Source: Eledone cirrhosa (taxonomy: Eukaryota). From it: a stretch of 64,000 nucleotides of DNA. The stretch is taken from the NCBI GenBank assembly GCA_964016885.1, contig OZ024745.1:100626001-100690000 (forward strand), read 5' to 3'. The notes below the pieces were generated by a model. The model was not told where the DNA came from. It was given only the letters and a program-made list of their open reading frames with translations, and made no database searches. Shown piece by piece: positions 1 through 13,494 of the stretch. Within the stretch, counting starts at the first letter, position 1; each line of letters begins with the position of its first letter. A program made the position numbers and the translations under genes.

Positions 1-459
1 AATAACATAACAATCATATGATGATACACATATAATACGTAAGGAAACATAGTTAGAATACAATATGGCAATAACAACGTGTAACGTGAAAATAATAATT
101 TAGATAACAATAAGAAAAAGAAAGAAAAAAGAGAAAGAAAGAAGAGATATTGTTGTCGATAAAGAAATACAAATATGTTTTATAATCGATATTGCTGAAG
201 ACAACTATAATACTCAAACAACTGGAAAAATAATTTATTTAGAATTTAGATCGTAGGATGTTGAGAGAAATGGGAAATAGGTTCAATTCCCGAATATTTC
301 TACAGTGTGTATGTATGGTCCCGTAATTCCTGATAGGGACGCTGTATTGACATACGGCGTTTCTTGGGCATTTTAAGTCTGGTGGAGCCAATCCCTCAGA
401 TTTCTTCTAGAGAAAGATAGAAAGTGAGAGAGAGGAAATGAGAAAGAGATATAGAGGAG

Positions 460-620
460 GAATCCACCCCAGTACTAAACTAATACATTTTTATCGACCT
501 CGAAAGGATGAAAGGCAAAGTTGACCTCGGTGGGATTTGAACTCAGAGAGCCCGAGCCCGAACGAATAACATAAAGCATTCTATTCGACGTTCTAACGAA
601 TCTGTCAATTTGCCGCCTAT
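460..620 (-). mobile_element. tRNA-derived SINE, family 1 (diverged copy)
   Basis: Reverse complement has a B box (GAGTTCAAATCCC) and the family core GCCTTTCATCCTT..GGTCGATAAAA shared with many copies in this window. Confidence 0.85.
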
Positions 621-1059
621 TTCTACACTATAACAACCGCAAATAAAGCAAACATCATTTTTATATAAAAATTTACATTGTTTGGGACTGCAAATATTAT
701 CAATATATTAAACTTTAATGGAAAACGATATTTCCATAATCAAGATATCATCAGCTACTCTGAGTATACAATGAGATAACATCAAGAGAAAGCACGATAC
801 AAGAAAGGGTAAGTTTATCAGAAAAAACCTAACAGGCAGTCATTGTTAGGTCGGTTAAAATTTAATTTTCTACTACAAATCACAACTAAACTCCAGAGAA
901 GAATTGAAAGAGAGAGAGAAAAGAAGAGAGAGGAAGAACTGTTAAACATTCTTATCTTTATATTTGGTAGAATATAATTTTAGTGTTGTGACAAAACACA
1001 GACAAAGGAAAAAAAACTAACTGTATATCACAAGATGAAAAGAATTATGACTGAAGTTC

Positions 1060-1800
1060 TTTTTCGCCCACTTATTCCTGAGAGTGTTGTGGGGCAAAGT
1101 CCTCAAACACTCATTCCAGCGAAACCTGTCAAAAGCAACTGCCTCCAGTTGATCCGGATGGATCAGCTGAGTTCATGGATGTTGTCCAACCATGTTGTTC
1201 GGGGTCTACCTTTGAGTCTCCTGTCGGGTGGTTTTGCCCGTAAAATCTTTCCAGCGATTCTTTACTAAGACATTCTAGCTATGTGCTTGCAGCTTTGGTG
1301 AAGTAGCGGCTCTACATGGAGCGACTCGCTGATCTCCAAGATACGCACACCATCAAGTAACATTACTTCAAAGACGAATGCTGAAACTGGCGGATTATTG
1401 CACCAGTTCCTGCAAATGTGGCACTTGATTCTAATTCAGCCTACCCCGGAAACCGACTCCTACATTAAATGGTTTCGATTTAGCACCATTTATCCGGACG
1501 AAGATACTAGGGCAACAAAAACTATTCATAGATTCAATATCCCTGTAGAACCTTCCACAAGTCCTGTAGAACGCAGTGATATGCCTTTTCGAGGTTTTCG
1601 TATCAAGCATACACCTCTTGGCAGTACTCCCATTATTTCTTAAAGTCGTATTCCAAATTAACTCCAATGTATTCCCATGTCCTAACTTTGGACGCCTTTA
1701 CTGTTTCTGCTGCATGTACCACAAGTGCAAGGACTTATTTCCAAACCAAGCTTTATAGGCCTCCTTCTTTGCTCGGATGGCATCTTTAACCTCTGAACCA
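1060..1800 (-). mobile_element. Decayed RTE-clade LINE fragment including its 3' end
   Basis: Minus-strand peptide remnants KKEAYKAW, VGVGFRG and KILRAKPPDRRLKGRPRTTWLDNI. The 3' end CTCTCAGGAATAAGTGG matches copies at about 26.9 kb and 37.6 kb. Confidence 0.7.
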
Positions 1801-3157
1801 AGGGGTCCTCTTACCATCCGGCCCCTCTCTAGATGAGAAGAGTTAAGAATGATAGAAAAATCAAAGCTATTTGTAATAAACAGCAAACACATCGATCTTA
1901 CTAAACTTGAAATTATCAGATATGGATTTGCTGTATTTTTAAATATCTTGAAATTTAAACTGAAATTACTGAGGAAATTATGTTATTTTATGAATTTGAA
2001 ATTATAACTTTTCAACAGTAAAGTATTATCTAAAATAAATATATATAGATTCAATCTCAAGTCATTGGGTTCATATTTTATGTGACTCATAGTCAATGAA
2101 CGCATGGCATTGAGCTTTTATATTATAACTTTTCAACGCCAATCTTTTTAAATAATGAGTCTGGGTGCAGAAATCGTTTCAGCTGTCGATATGGTGCCCC
2201 AAATGTAATAAAAACCACTGATCTAAAAGAAATGCGAAATATTTAGAACATACATACTATATGTATTCATATTCGATTTCAAACGTATCAGTTGAATTTT
2301 CGTTACATTTTCGAGAAAAACAACAAACTATATGGAACATTCTTATGACAAATTACATTTTGATTGCTTTGAAATTCTTACAACGTACATTTATTTTTAT
2401 TATTTATGATATTCACACATACTCAAATACCTCCACCCACAATCCCCTTCATATATTTACTCATACATGCACGCACGAAGCACATCACGTGTATTGTAAA
2501 TTGTTTAATATAGTCTTGGGTGCAGGAATCACAAAAGCATTTTTATATATAATTTTCTCTGTCATAAATTCAGAGGTTTGATTCTTCGTTATAACCGATT
2601 TTTGAAATGTCAGAAAGTTGTTCCAAGTAGTGACGTAACGGTCGTCAAATTCTGGTTGTTGATCCTGAAATTTGAGTTTCTGCAAGTTCATATGACTAAA
2701 AGTATTCAGAAAATGGCGTGAGACGAATGTGACACAATACGTATATATTTTACGAATGGCATATCTATATGTTAGAAATATCCCAGAGTTATGAAAAGAG
2801 AATTTAACATAACAAAAACAAACATTAAAAAAACAGGAACAAATGAACAAAACAAGATAAAAATATCGGAATTCGTTTGACCTGAGAACTTTTAAGATTT
2901 AATTAGATTTTTTTTTTTATGTTATTTTTTTGTTTTGTTTTAAATGTGACTAATCCACAATGACATCTATCGCAACTACTAGAAAGAACAATAACTACGA
3001 TAATTTACAATTAACAAAACCTAAAATGCTGATATACCATTACTATAGTAAATGATGACATGCACGAAGAATTGCGAATTATATGTAATTCAAAGTATTA
3101 AATGTAGATTTTTACGTTAATGTCGTCAATAATAAATTTCGAGAAACATTATTGTCT

Positions 3158-3510
3158 TCCAGCATAGTTACGTCCCTTTACAATCTGAGTTCAAATCCCG
3201 CCGAGGTTGACTTTGCCTTTCATCCTTACGGGGTCGATAAAATAAAGTACCAATAATGCACTGGGTAATTGCTCGCCTTGTGCCTAAAGTAGAAACATTA
3301 TTGTCAAATATAGGGCGGTGGATTGGCAGTATCGGTAGAGGATCAGACGCCATGCTTTGCAGCACAGAGTTACGGCCCTTTATGATCTGAGTTCAAATCC
3401 CGCCGAGGTTAACTTTGCCTTTCATCCTTACGGGGTCGATAAAATAAAGTACCAGTTACGCACTGGGATCAAAATTGCTGGCATTGTGCCTATAAAAGAA
3501 ACAAATTATT
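3158..3510 (+). mobile_element. Two head-to-tail family-1 SINEs
   Basis: A box TGGCAGTATCGG and B box GAGTTCAAATCC. The second copy is flanked by TSD ATTATTGTCAAATATAG (3297-3313 and 3505-3521). Confidence 0.92.
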
Positions 3511-3850
3511 GTCAAATATAGAGAACAATATTGAATTCAGTTTTACATAAATACGGGCGACTTTAAATGTATAACATCTATTTCGAAGATAAAACATATG
3601 AATGGCTAAAGCAAAGGGATGAAACTACGTCGGTTTCGACGATGAGTGTTCCAATTGTTCCATCAAAGGACCTGCTTATTTATTGAATTTGGATGTGACT
3701 GAGTATCCACAGAAACGTGTAACTTCAACAGTATTTGCTGTAAGAACCAATCTGACCAGCCTGGAATCACCATTATTTGACACTGGCAATCTATCGGTGG
3801 GCATGTATCTCACTATATGTACTTGCTGTTTTGCTTCATATTTATTTCAG

Positions 3851-3912
3851 ATAACAAGGCAGAAGCTATCATGCGCCCTGCAACATCTGATAGACAAGAT
3901 GCTCACCAGCTA
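3851..3912 (+). other. Candidate isolated host exon (62 nt)
   Basis: Pyrimidine-rich acceptor ...tttatttcag, donor GTGAGT, and an open phase-1 frame xNKAEAIMRPATSDRQDAHQL. No homology recognised. Confidence 0.3.
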
Positions 3913-4377
3913 GTGAGTTGTCCTTAAATACCAAAACAAACTTTCTCTTTACCAGCTCTCGGAAACAAATCCCTGTGTCACAATTCTTAGTCTTACTGGA
4001 TCTTGCCTATGTCTACAATTTCCTTATTGAGCATGACATTTGCAAAGCTGTGTGTTGAAGTTGTTAATCGAGTCGTCAAAACCCCTCTCATTCATACGAA
4101 CCATCATTTTCGTGTTTCAAAATGCAATATGTTTTGTTAATTTTGTTGTTGTCGAGCAGCTACGATGTTGCTTCTTCCTGACATTCAGCACTAGATGTAA
4201 ACATAACTTTAACAATTATGTCTATTTGGGGCTAAAACTGAGCGTAAATAAAATTAAACAAGCAGAATGATCACCTTTCTTTGAAACACAAACAAATTGA
4301 CAGAGAAAAAGCAATCCATTTTTTTAAACAATTCACTAAAAGGTAACCCAGAAATATGATCGGTAAATTCCTATAAT

Positions 4378-4580
4378 GATTTCTAATTTAGGCACAAGAC
4401 CAGCAATTTCGGGGGAATAGAAATCGATTGTATCGATCCCAGTACTTGAGTGGTACTTTATTTATCGACCCCAGAAGGATAGGAAGCAAGTTGACCTCAG
4501 TGGGATTTGACCTAAGTAGGTAAAATGACAGAAAATATACTGTAAATCATTTTGTCTGACATTTACCGATTCAACCAGTC
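4378..4580 (-). mobile_element. Family-1 SINE (old)
   Basis: Plus strand shows ggcacaagaccagcaatt, ttatcgacccc and gttgacctcagtgggatttga, the reverse complement of the family body. Confidence 0.75.
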
Positions 4581-7500
4581 CAAAAACAACAACAACAACA
4601 TCATAACCAGAGAGTTCAGATAAACTTCCATACCGCAAATATACTTTTAATAGAAACTTATCTCTAATGTAAGGGGTATCTTACGAAAAAATAAAATAAA
4701 TAAATAAATACCAAACTAACCAGCCGTGTTTTTGTAAGGTGATGACAACCGATTAATTTTAGTCGGATTTTAATCTCTCCATCTTAAACACTTATCTGCT
4801 TAGTAGCGTTATTTGTATAGGAATAATAGACATTACTGAAGTCCCGCATCTCATCAGATGTAGTTACTTTTTTCTTAAGTCAAATATTCATTTAAGAAAG
4901 AATGACATACAAATAGCAAAATTGGAGTTTCAAGTAGTAAATGAGACGTTGTTGCTCTTATCTTGGAAATACACATATGGAAATATTTTGAAAAAAAAAA
5001 AAAAAAAAGAAAATACTACGAATTATCTAAATGAAAGGGAATTTAGAAAAAAAATCACAACTTTAGATACAAATTTCTGATATTGAAAACAGAAAAGCCC
5101 CCGTTCACTTCCCACTCCACACACTTAAAAATGCGAAGTGCTTTTACTCTTACGTTGGATATAGTGTCATCAATGAACCTAAAGCTGCGGCATTTTCATC
5201 CTTAAGCCGTTTTTAAAGCATAGCTTTTAAAGTCAACTGATACATATATTCAACAAATTCAATGTTGTAAATGGTTATCCTATTGCTGCTTAGGCTTATA
5301 TCAGCACTGGTTGATCAGATATATCATCAAAGATGCACCAACAATGAGTATCCAAAGTGTTTGTATATCTATGAGTACATTATACAATGTATCCTACGGT
5401 GGGAATTTGACTGTTATTTCTAACACGTTGGGCACTTACATAGTGGCTCTATCATTGGTTTTCAAAGTGTTATTGATTCTATGACGGATTATAATTCTAC
5501 GAATATTTCCAATTTTCCTTACTTTTAATTATTTCAATAAAGAATTTCTCTTACCAGGAAATTATGTCATGTCACTGGAATTCCGGCATGAATTGGTGGA
5601 TTAACTATTTCGCTTAAAATGTTCTTAAGCAGTTGGATTAAATACATTTTTCTTCTTATCATAATAACGTTATGCCTACAATATACATATGAGTTATTCA
5701 CAGGAAAGGTGTGTATGAAAAGAAGAGTTATTGGTATGAGTTTCTAATTGAGTGAAAATACAAAGACTGAAAAGAAATACAGCATCGACTGAACTTTAAT
5801 AAATATCTGATTTAATATCTGATATAAAATAAGAGACCACTATGGTGTGATATTGGTGATGAAAACATATGTGCTGAATGAGCATATTAATGTATGTGTA
5901 AGTAATTTTATTTGTTGGCATCTGTGCATACATAAGAAACCTTTCTATGCTTTTTAAAAGGAAAACTAATATCAAGAACGAGTATTATCCTTACATTTAG
6001 ATGTATTTGAAACCTAATAACATCATCATCCTGTATTTCATTGTGATCTTAAAACACTCTTTGAATAAAATTCGCTGTGTAAAATATTCATTCCCAGTTA
6101 TATCATACCTCAAGATGTAATATTGCAATTTCATCAGCAGATTATATCATTCGCCTTTGTAATATAAATGGAGAAATACATGACAAGCCTTTTATACAAT
6201 AACTACTGCCTTGTTACATCAAGTCAGGTATATTCAATCAGTTCTTTAAATGTATTCATCAGAATCCCCAGAACTTTTACGAAAATTGATTCAATGATTC
6301 TTGGTAAAGTTGACGTAAAAAAAAAAAAAAAGATTGAAAATTTTAAAGATAGAGAAACAAATAAAATGTTGCTACTGGTGAACACAAATTTCTTACAGAT
6401 TTAACAAATATTTCAGTTTCAATTTCTGTCTAATTATGGGGATAAAAATAAAGGGTGTTTAAAAAACTGCCTTTTATTGGATCAGTATGAAAGCAGCTGA
6501 GGATCCCATAGACACAAATCCGACATATTTCCGTAAATCTTTCGTCTATCCCTTTTCACATTCACAAAGCTTGTATCAAACCAAGGTTATAGTAAAAGAT
6601 ACTTGCTCAAGATATCACGATGTAGTCTCGAAGCTAAGGCCTTATGATTGTGAAGCGAACTTCTTAACGTTATGCAGCATTTAGGAATGAAAAGTATTTC
6701 ATAGAATCGTTGCATCCCAAAATAAAAGTGTTTTATTGTACAACATAGAAAAACATTGTCTTGCTTGTAAATAGACCATCAAATTATTTTTCATAGCCTA
6801 CTTTAACCTTTGTTAGTTAACAAGAAACAGGAAGTTATTCAGAGGTCACTCAACCTTAGTTATTATGTAGTTCATAGAAGCAATTACTTGACAAATTCAG
6901 TGTCATTTTTTTCTATTATTGCTTGAAGGTGTCAAGTTTACTTTGTTTTAGTGTTTTCAGTTAAATATTGACCCAGATGTTAAAGCTTTCTTTTTTATTT
7001 TCTCTATAACATTAAAAAAAAAAATTAGGATTTCATCATAAATTCGAAATCTGACACAAACTACTGTATTTGTTTCTTCACACATTTCAATGAACAACTG
7101 TTATAAATTTGGCTTTTATGATAATAATAGTTATTAGGAAGAAATGGCATCTAACGGGATTGTTGTCATCATTGTTATTATCACTAAAGTGTATGATGTT
7201 CAAATTTCGTATGAGTTTTTTCTTCTGCAAAATTCAACTAAATAAATGTAGTTATGAACAATAATGAATGTGTTGGCTGCAATTCAAATATTCTTATTAT
7301 ATTTTTACTTTGCAATAAATGTATTCTTCTATAAACTTAGTTTGGTTCATTATATATTCTAATACTGCTTAGAATAAAACATTTTATGTTCATGATATGT
7401 AGTTGTAATCGTCAGAGTAATTGTGTACCTAACTAGTGGTTAACTCGTTGGAAATGTATAAATAATGAGAGAATGTGTTACATATAAATCTTAAACAAAG

Positions 7501-7984
7501 GTTGAGATTGGAAATAGATTTTTCCTCAGTTAGTTTACAGTCTATTTTAGCAAATGAAATATTTAATATCACTCTCCTATAGAGTTATTTAATGCTCCTT
7601 TTTAAAGTCGAAAGACAAGTGGCAGAATAGAAGATTACAGAAAGTGGATACAATTAATATAATTTTTGCAAAACATCAATCATTTAGATCTCATTTTTAA
7701 TGGATACGAATAGAGAGGGATTTACGCCAATATCATTGTAAGGATGTAGCATAACATAAGATTTAAAATAATACAATATAGGCATTAATCTGTATAGTGT
7801 AATATATTATCTCATATGTTAACCAAGGCAGGCAGTACAGTAACAGTAATTGAAACAGCAAAACTGACAAGAGAGAGAAAGAGTATATTCCAGTGGCAAA
7901 ATATAGCTACATTGCAGTTAATAATGATGCAGGCATACATACATACATACATACATACATACATACATACATACATACATACGT

Positions 7985-8515
7985 GATGGCTGCAAATTTT
8001 GCTAAGAGTACTCCAATCGCTTGTCAGATTACAGAGTTTGGTGCACTTTTAGGCTACGGCCTGTCACACAAACCTGTAATATCCTGAACAAGCAATGCCT
8101 GTGCTTTGAAGGATTTTTAAGTGGAGAAAGGCCTTGCACTCAACCAATCCCACTCTCTGGGCATCGAAAACACTACTCGAAAAAGAGAACTGGTCAACAT
8201 CATCGGATGCTTCCGGAGCTGCATGTTTTCTTTTCAGAGTTTCCCTCCCTAGAAAGGTGTTATTACAACAACTGGGGGTCTTTCATACCCAGGTAAAAGA
8301 AAAAAACAAAAAAATACTATTTGGATGGCCGTTGACTCTGAAGAGTTCCTCCGCCCTTTGCCGGGTCTTGTATTTCATCCCGCAGAGTGTACAAATATCC
8401 TCCTCCTCACCAAGCAAGCTTGGTGGGGTTGCCGGTTTAGACGCCGACGACCCAACCATGCGACAGGTTGTACTGGGTTACATGTTACCAGTAGCACCCG
8501 AGAGCGACCTGACAT
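7985..8515 (-). mobile_element. (CATA)n-tailed non-coding retroelement, subfamily A
   Basis: Bounded by (CATA)n tracts. Shares internal blocks (gcaatgcctgtgc, ccaatcccactctct, caacatcatcgga, ttggtggggttgcc, acaggttgtactggg) with the adjacent element. Confidence 0.7.
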
Positions 8516-8534
8516 TACATACATACTAACATAC

Positions 8535-9150
8535 ATGGTGGCTGCCAACTCGTTTTCGAGTACGGCCACTACTTTATATCCATGTAGGAGAACCCCTACC
8601 GATGCGCTGAACGAGTGTGACTTTTTAGTCCAGCCAGCGACTTGAAAACTCTGGTACAAACACTACACTTGTGACAATTATTGACACATAGTGCTGGGCC
8701 CATGGTACCATGTGACGGCAAGTGCAGAGAGATCTCCAGATACAAAGCAATGCCTGTGCTGTGAAGCTTTTATAGTGAGCAAAGGCACTGCACAAAGCCA
8801 GTCCCACTCTCTTAACCAAGATGATATTTACCAAAAAGAAGAACAATTCAACATCATTGGATACCATCAGGGTTGCAGGTGTTATATCAGAGTTTTCCTT
8901 CTCCTAGAATTCTGCCTTGACAAAGGCTAAGGGGTCATCTCTCCCGGTGATTTTGGATGGCTATTGACTCTTAAGAGCCCCTTTGCCTTTTGACAGGTTT
9001 TGTTTTTAGTCCTGCAGGATGTCCAAAGCCACCCTCCTCACCAAGAAACCTTGGTGGGGTTGCCAGTTTAGTCGCCAACGACCCGACCATGAGACAGGTT
9101 GTACTGGGATACATGTTACCAATAGCACCAACTGGTGATCTGACACAACT
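8535..9150 (-). mobile_element. (CATA)n-tailed non-coding retroelement, subfamily B
   Basis: Closely similar second copy at 23911-24518. Microsatellite tail and no credible ORF. Confidence 0.85.
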
Positions 9151-9179
9151 AACATACATACATACATACATACATACAT

Positions 9180-9395
9180 GATGGTTTCGCCCTGGTTATC
9201 GATTTTGGCCATTGCACGATATAACATTATTAATAATTATCAATTAATGCCATCGTGCAATGACTGTGCCTGAAGATTTTTTTTAAGTGAGGAAAGACTG
9301 TGCACTGAGCCAATACCTCTCTCTGGGTGACAATAGCTATAACCCGAAAAGAAGAAAAGATCAACGCCATCGGTAACTACTGAGCCGCAGATTTT
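9180..9395 (-). mobile_element. (CATA)n-tailed non-coding retroelement, subfamily C (truncated)
   Basis: Matches 23467-23680 (gttatcga..tggccattgcacgat..aacattattaataattatcaattaatg). Confidence 0.8.
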
Positions 9396-10042
9396 ATGTA
9401 AACATATATATTTTTTGACGTTATATTTTTTTTTCTTCCTTAAATTCTCTTTTTTCTTCTCTCCTTCCGTGCTCGTATTAAACCTATTATTTACTTTTAC
9501 ATATTACAATACATAAAAACAAACTTAAACCCTAACTAATTCCTCTAAGTTCATAATTCATTTAATCTCTTCTTCATTCACCTTATATCCTTAATATTTT
9601 AATTTTAATAATACATATTAATAAATTCCTTTTCGCACATATTATTAAACCCTTCAATATATAAACCTTAAATAAATACTATTCTTAATTCCTTTTTCTT
9701 TAATCATAAACATCACCATTCATAAACCTCATTAACTTTTAATTTCAAAATTTTAAAAATTATCTATTATCTTACAACGGTTTTTTTTTTATTTCTCTCT
9801 GTGAGACAGTGTTTCCCAGTATTAAAGGCTATCTCTCTCTCTCTCTAACTCATTTCTCCTCCTCTCTCATCCTTCCTTCTTATACTCTTCCCCCGTCATC
9901 CTTTATTTTCTTTCATCCTCTTCCTTACCCCCCCTCCTTTTTTCCCCCCCAATCTCATATATCCATCTTACTTTATTTTTCATATGTTGAATTAACACTG
10001 CACTGCTCGCAAGTGTTTTTTAAGCTTCATATCATGTCTCCC

Positions 10043-10113
10043 TATTTTATCTGATGAGAACGCAAATATCATCCCATGATGATATTTGTTTTTGAAATGC
10101 GCATAATAAAATA
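10043..10113 (+). ncRNA. Type-I hammerhead ribozyme motif (Penelope-type, palindromic stem III)
   Basis: Stem I TATTTTAT/ATAAAATA; core CTGATGA; stem II GCAAATATCATC-CCAT-GATGATATTTGT; GAAA; stem III A-TGCGCA-T; cleavage triplet AUA. Confidence 0.85.
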
Positions 10114-10789
10114 CATGGAACTCTTTTAACTATCTTTTGATCTTATATTATTTTTACTCCAGTCCTATAAACTGTGGAGTGCTACTTATCCGATATTTGC
10201 AATGCTTTATTGTGCTACAATAAAACTCACCTCCTACATATATATATATTTATATCAAAGTGTTAAAACAATCCAATCTTAGTTTAATACATTTATTTGC
10301 TGAACAATTATTTCTTCCAGAGGGATGTCTGGGATCATCGGAACAGAGGGAATGTCTAAACAGGTGATTAAAATCCTAGTCTTCAGTCTTCAGAACATTT
10401 AGGTAGATACATAACTGTTGTTAGTGTCCTAGATATCATGTAGAGAATCGGGAGTTAAAAGAGTGTTATGCTTCAGAAAACACAATTACAAGGAGCAATG
10501 GTGAAAAGTGCAAAAGGTACATATATAAGTATAAATATTATTATTATTACTATATATTTATATCTGTATTTTTAACCGTTGGTCAATCAATGATGAACAT
10601 TGATTGCCAAATAAATTAACTATGGAGATATAAAAGATACAGAAACGAAAACCAACCAAACTGTGAGTGTGTTCTGTTATTATTTCTGGCAATATTATTA
10701 CAACAATATGACACTCCCCTATAACAATATATATATAACGATTTCAGCAATTAAATGTACTAAGCAAAAATGTGATTGTTTTCTATTTT

Positions 10790-12162
<1,373 letters not shown>

Positions 12163-12267
12163 TTAAATGTTTAACTTAAGGGGGTGTTTTCAATAATCGA
12201 TCATTTAATAGGTTGAACCATGTGACAATATAGAGAGGTTAAACTCGTTAGTCAGAGAGTACTTATA

Positions 12268-12440
12268 ATTGTTTCTACTTTAGGCACAAGGTCAACAATT
12301 TGAAGATTAAATCGACCCCAGTACATTATGAAAGGCGAAGCTAACTTCGGCGGGATTTGAACTCAGAAAGTAAATGGTTGTAATTCTATACACGAAGCAG
12401 GGTGTCCGACGTTCTACCGATACTGGCAATCCATCACCCG
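12268..12440 (-). mobile_element. Family-1 SINE (internally deleted)
   Basis: Plus strand shows tgtttctactttaggcacaagg and cggcgggatttgaactcaga. Confidence 0.8.
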
Positions 12441-12604
12441 GGAGTGGTTATAATACATCTGTTTCCTGAAAAGTAGGAAATATTTGTTTTATGGTATTGT
12501 TAAATGGTTATGAAATGGAGATAGTTGCAGTAACAAGGAGAGATTATAACACACACACAAAAGAAAAGTAAGCAGAGCTGACTGAATACAGGTTAAAAAG
12601 ACAA

Positions 12605-12760
12605 TTGTATCAGAGCCTGCAGGTCCAGGATTGGCTTCTACCGCCACCTCAGAGCGTGACACCGCACGGAACTGGACAACAATTCTTCCCACTGATCTTC
12701 ACAAGCGAAGAATTCGCCATTCATTCATTCCATTCATTCATTCATTCATTCATTCATTCA
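12605..12760 (+). mobile_element. BovB-like RTE 3' stub with (CATT)n tail
   Basis: Encodes RACRSRIGFYRHLRA*, resembling the C-terminal zinc-finger end of BovB-like RTEs, then a short UTR and (CATT)n. Flanked by an approximately 100-bp direct repeat. Confidence 0.65.
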
Positions 12761-13494
12761 TGGTAATGTTAAGTGGTCATGAAATGGAAACAGTTGTAGT
12801 AACAAGGAGAGAACATAACAGAAGAAAAGTAAGCGGAGCTGAATACAGATTAAACTAAGAAAAAAAAACCATAGGCTTGTGTTTATTGGAGAATATAAAG
12901 GAAAGCTATTTGGTATAGAATACGAAAACTAATCTGAAAAGGGTAAACGCTTGACGGAAGTAAGGCGGCAAGATAATTATTTGGATTGCCTGTAGAAAAT
13001 CTGTTACAGATAAATATTTAAAAATAAACAAATGAACGAATGGATGTAGAACTGATCTAAAGATTCTCTTTCAGCGTAGGGTGTCATTGTCAGATTGGTG
13101 AAGAAAGTAATCAGAATTCCATCCAAGTTTCACTGGATAACTCAGTCCAAAATTTTAGGATATCCATTTTTGTTTTACATGCACAAATGTCGATTGCTAG
13201 AAATAGAAATGTTGTGCCCAACTTAATTTACGTTTTCAAAAAGAATATAATGTTTTTTGTTATGTGTGTATGTTCTTTTTTTTGTTTGTTTGTTTGTTTG
13301 TTTGTTCGAGGGTTACTTTTCTTATCCAGCTAACATTGTTCTAGGAGATAGCTTTATACTGACCACGTTGGTAGAAAATAATGCTTTTTGTCTACATTTC
13401 TAACATTGTGTCTATTGTATATGGCTTGAACAGAGCAGTTTGTAGTCGTGATAATGTAAGAGACATATATGATACTTCGTGCCAGAAGTGTATT

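Noticed and set aside
755-814. Strong donor G|GTAAGT at 809
   Set aside because: No convincing acceptor, and the frame that would join the 3851 exon has a stop just upstream.
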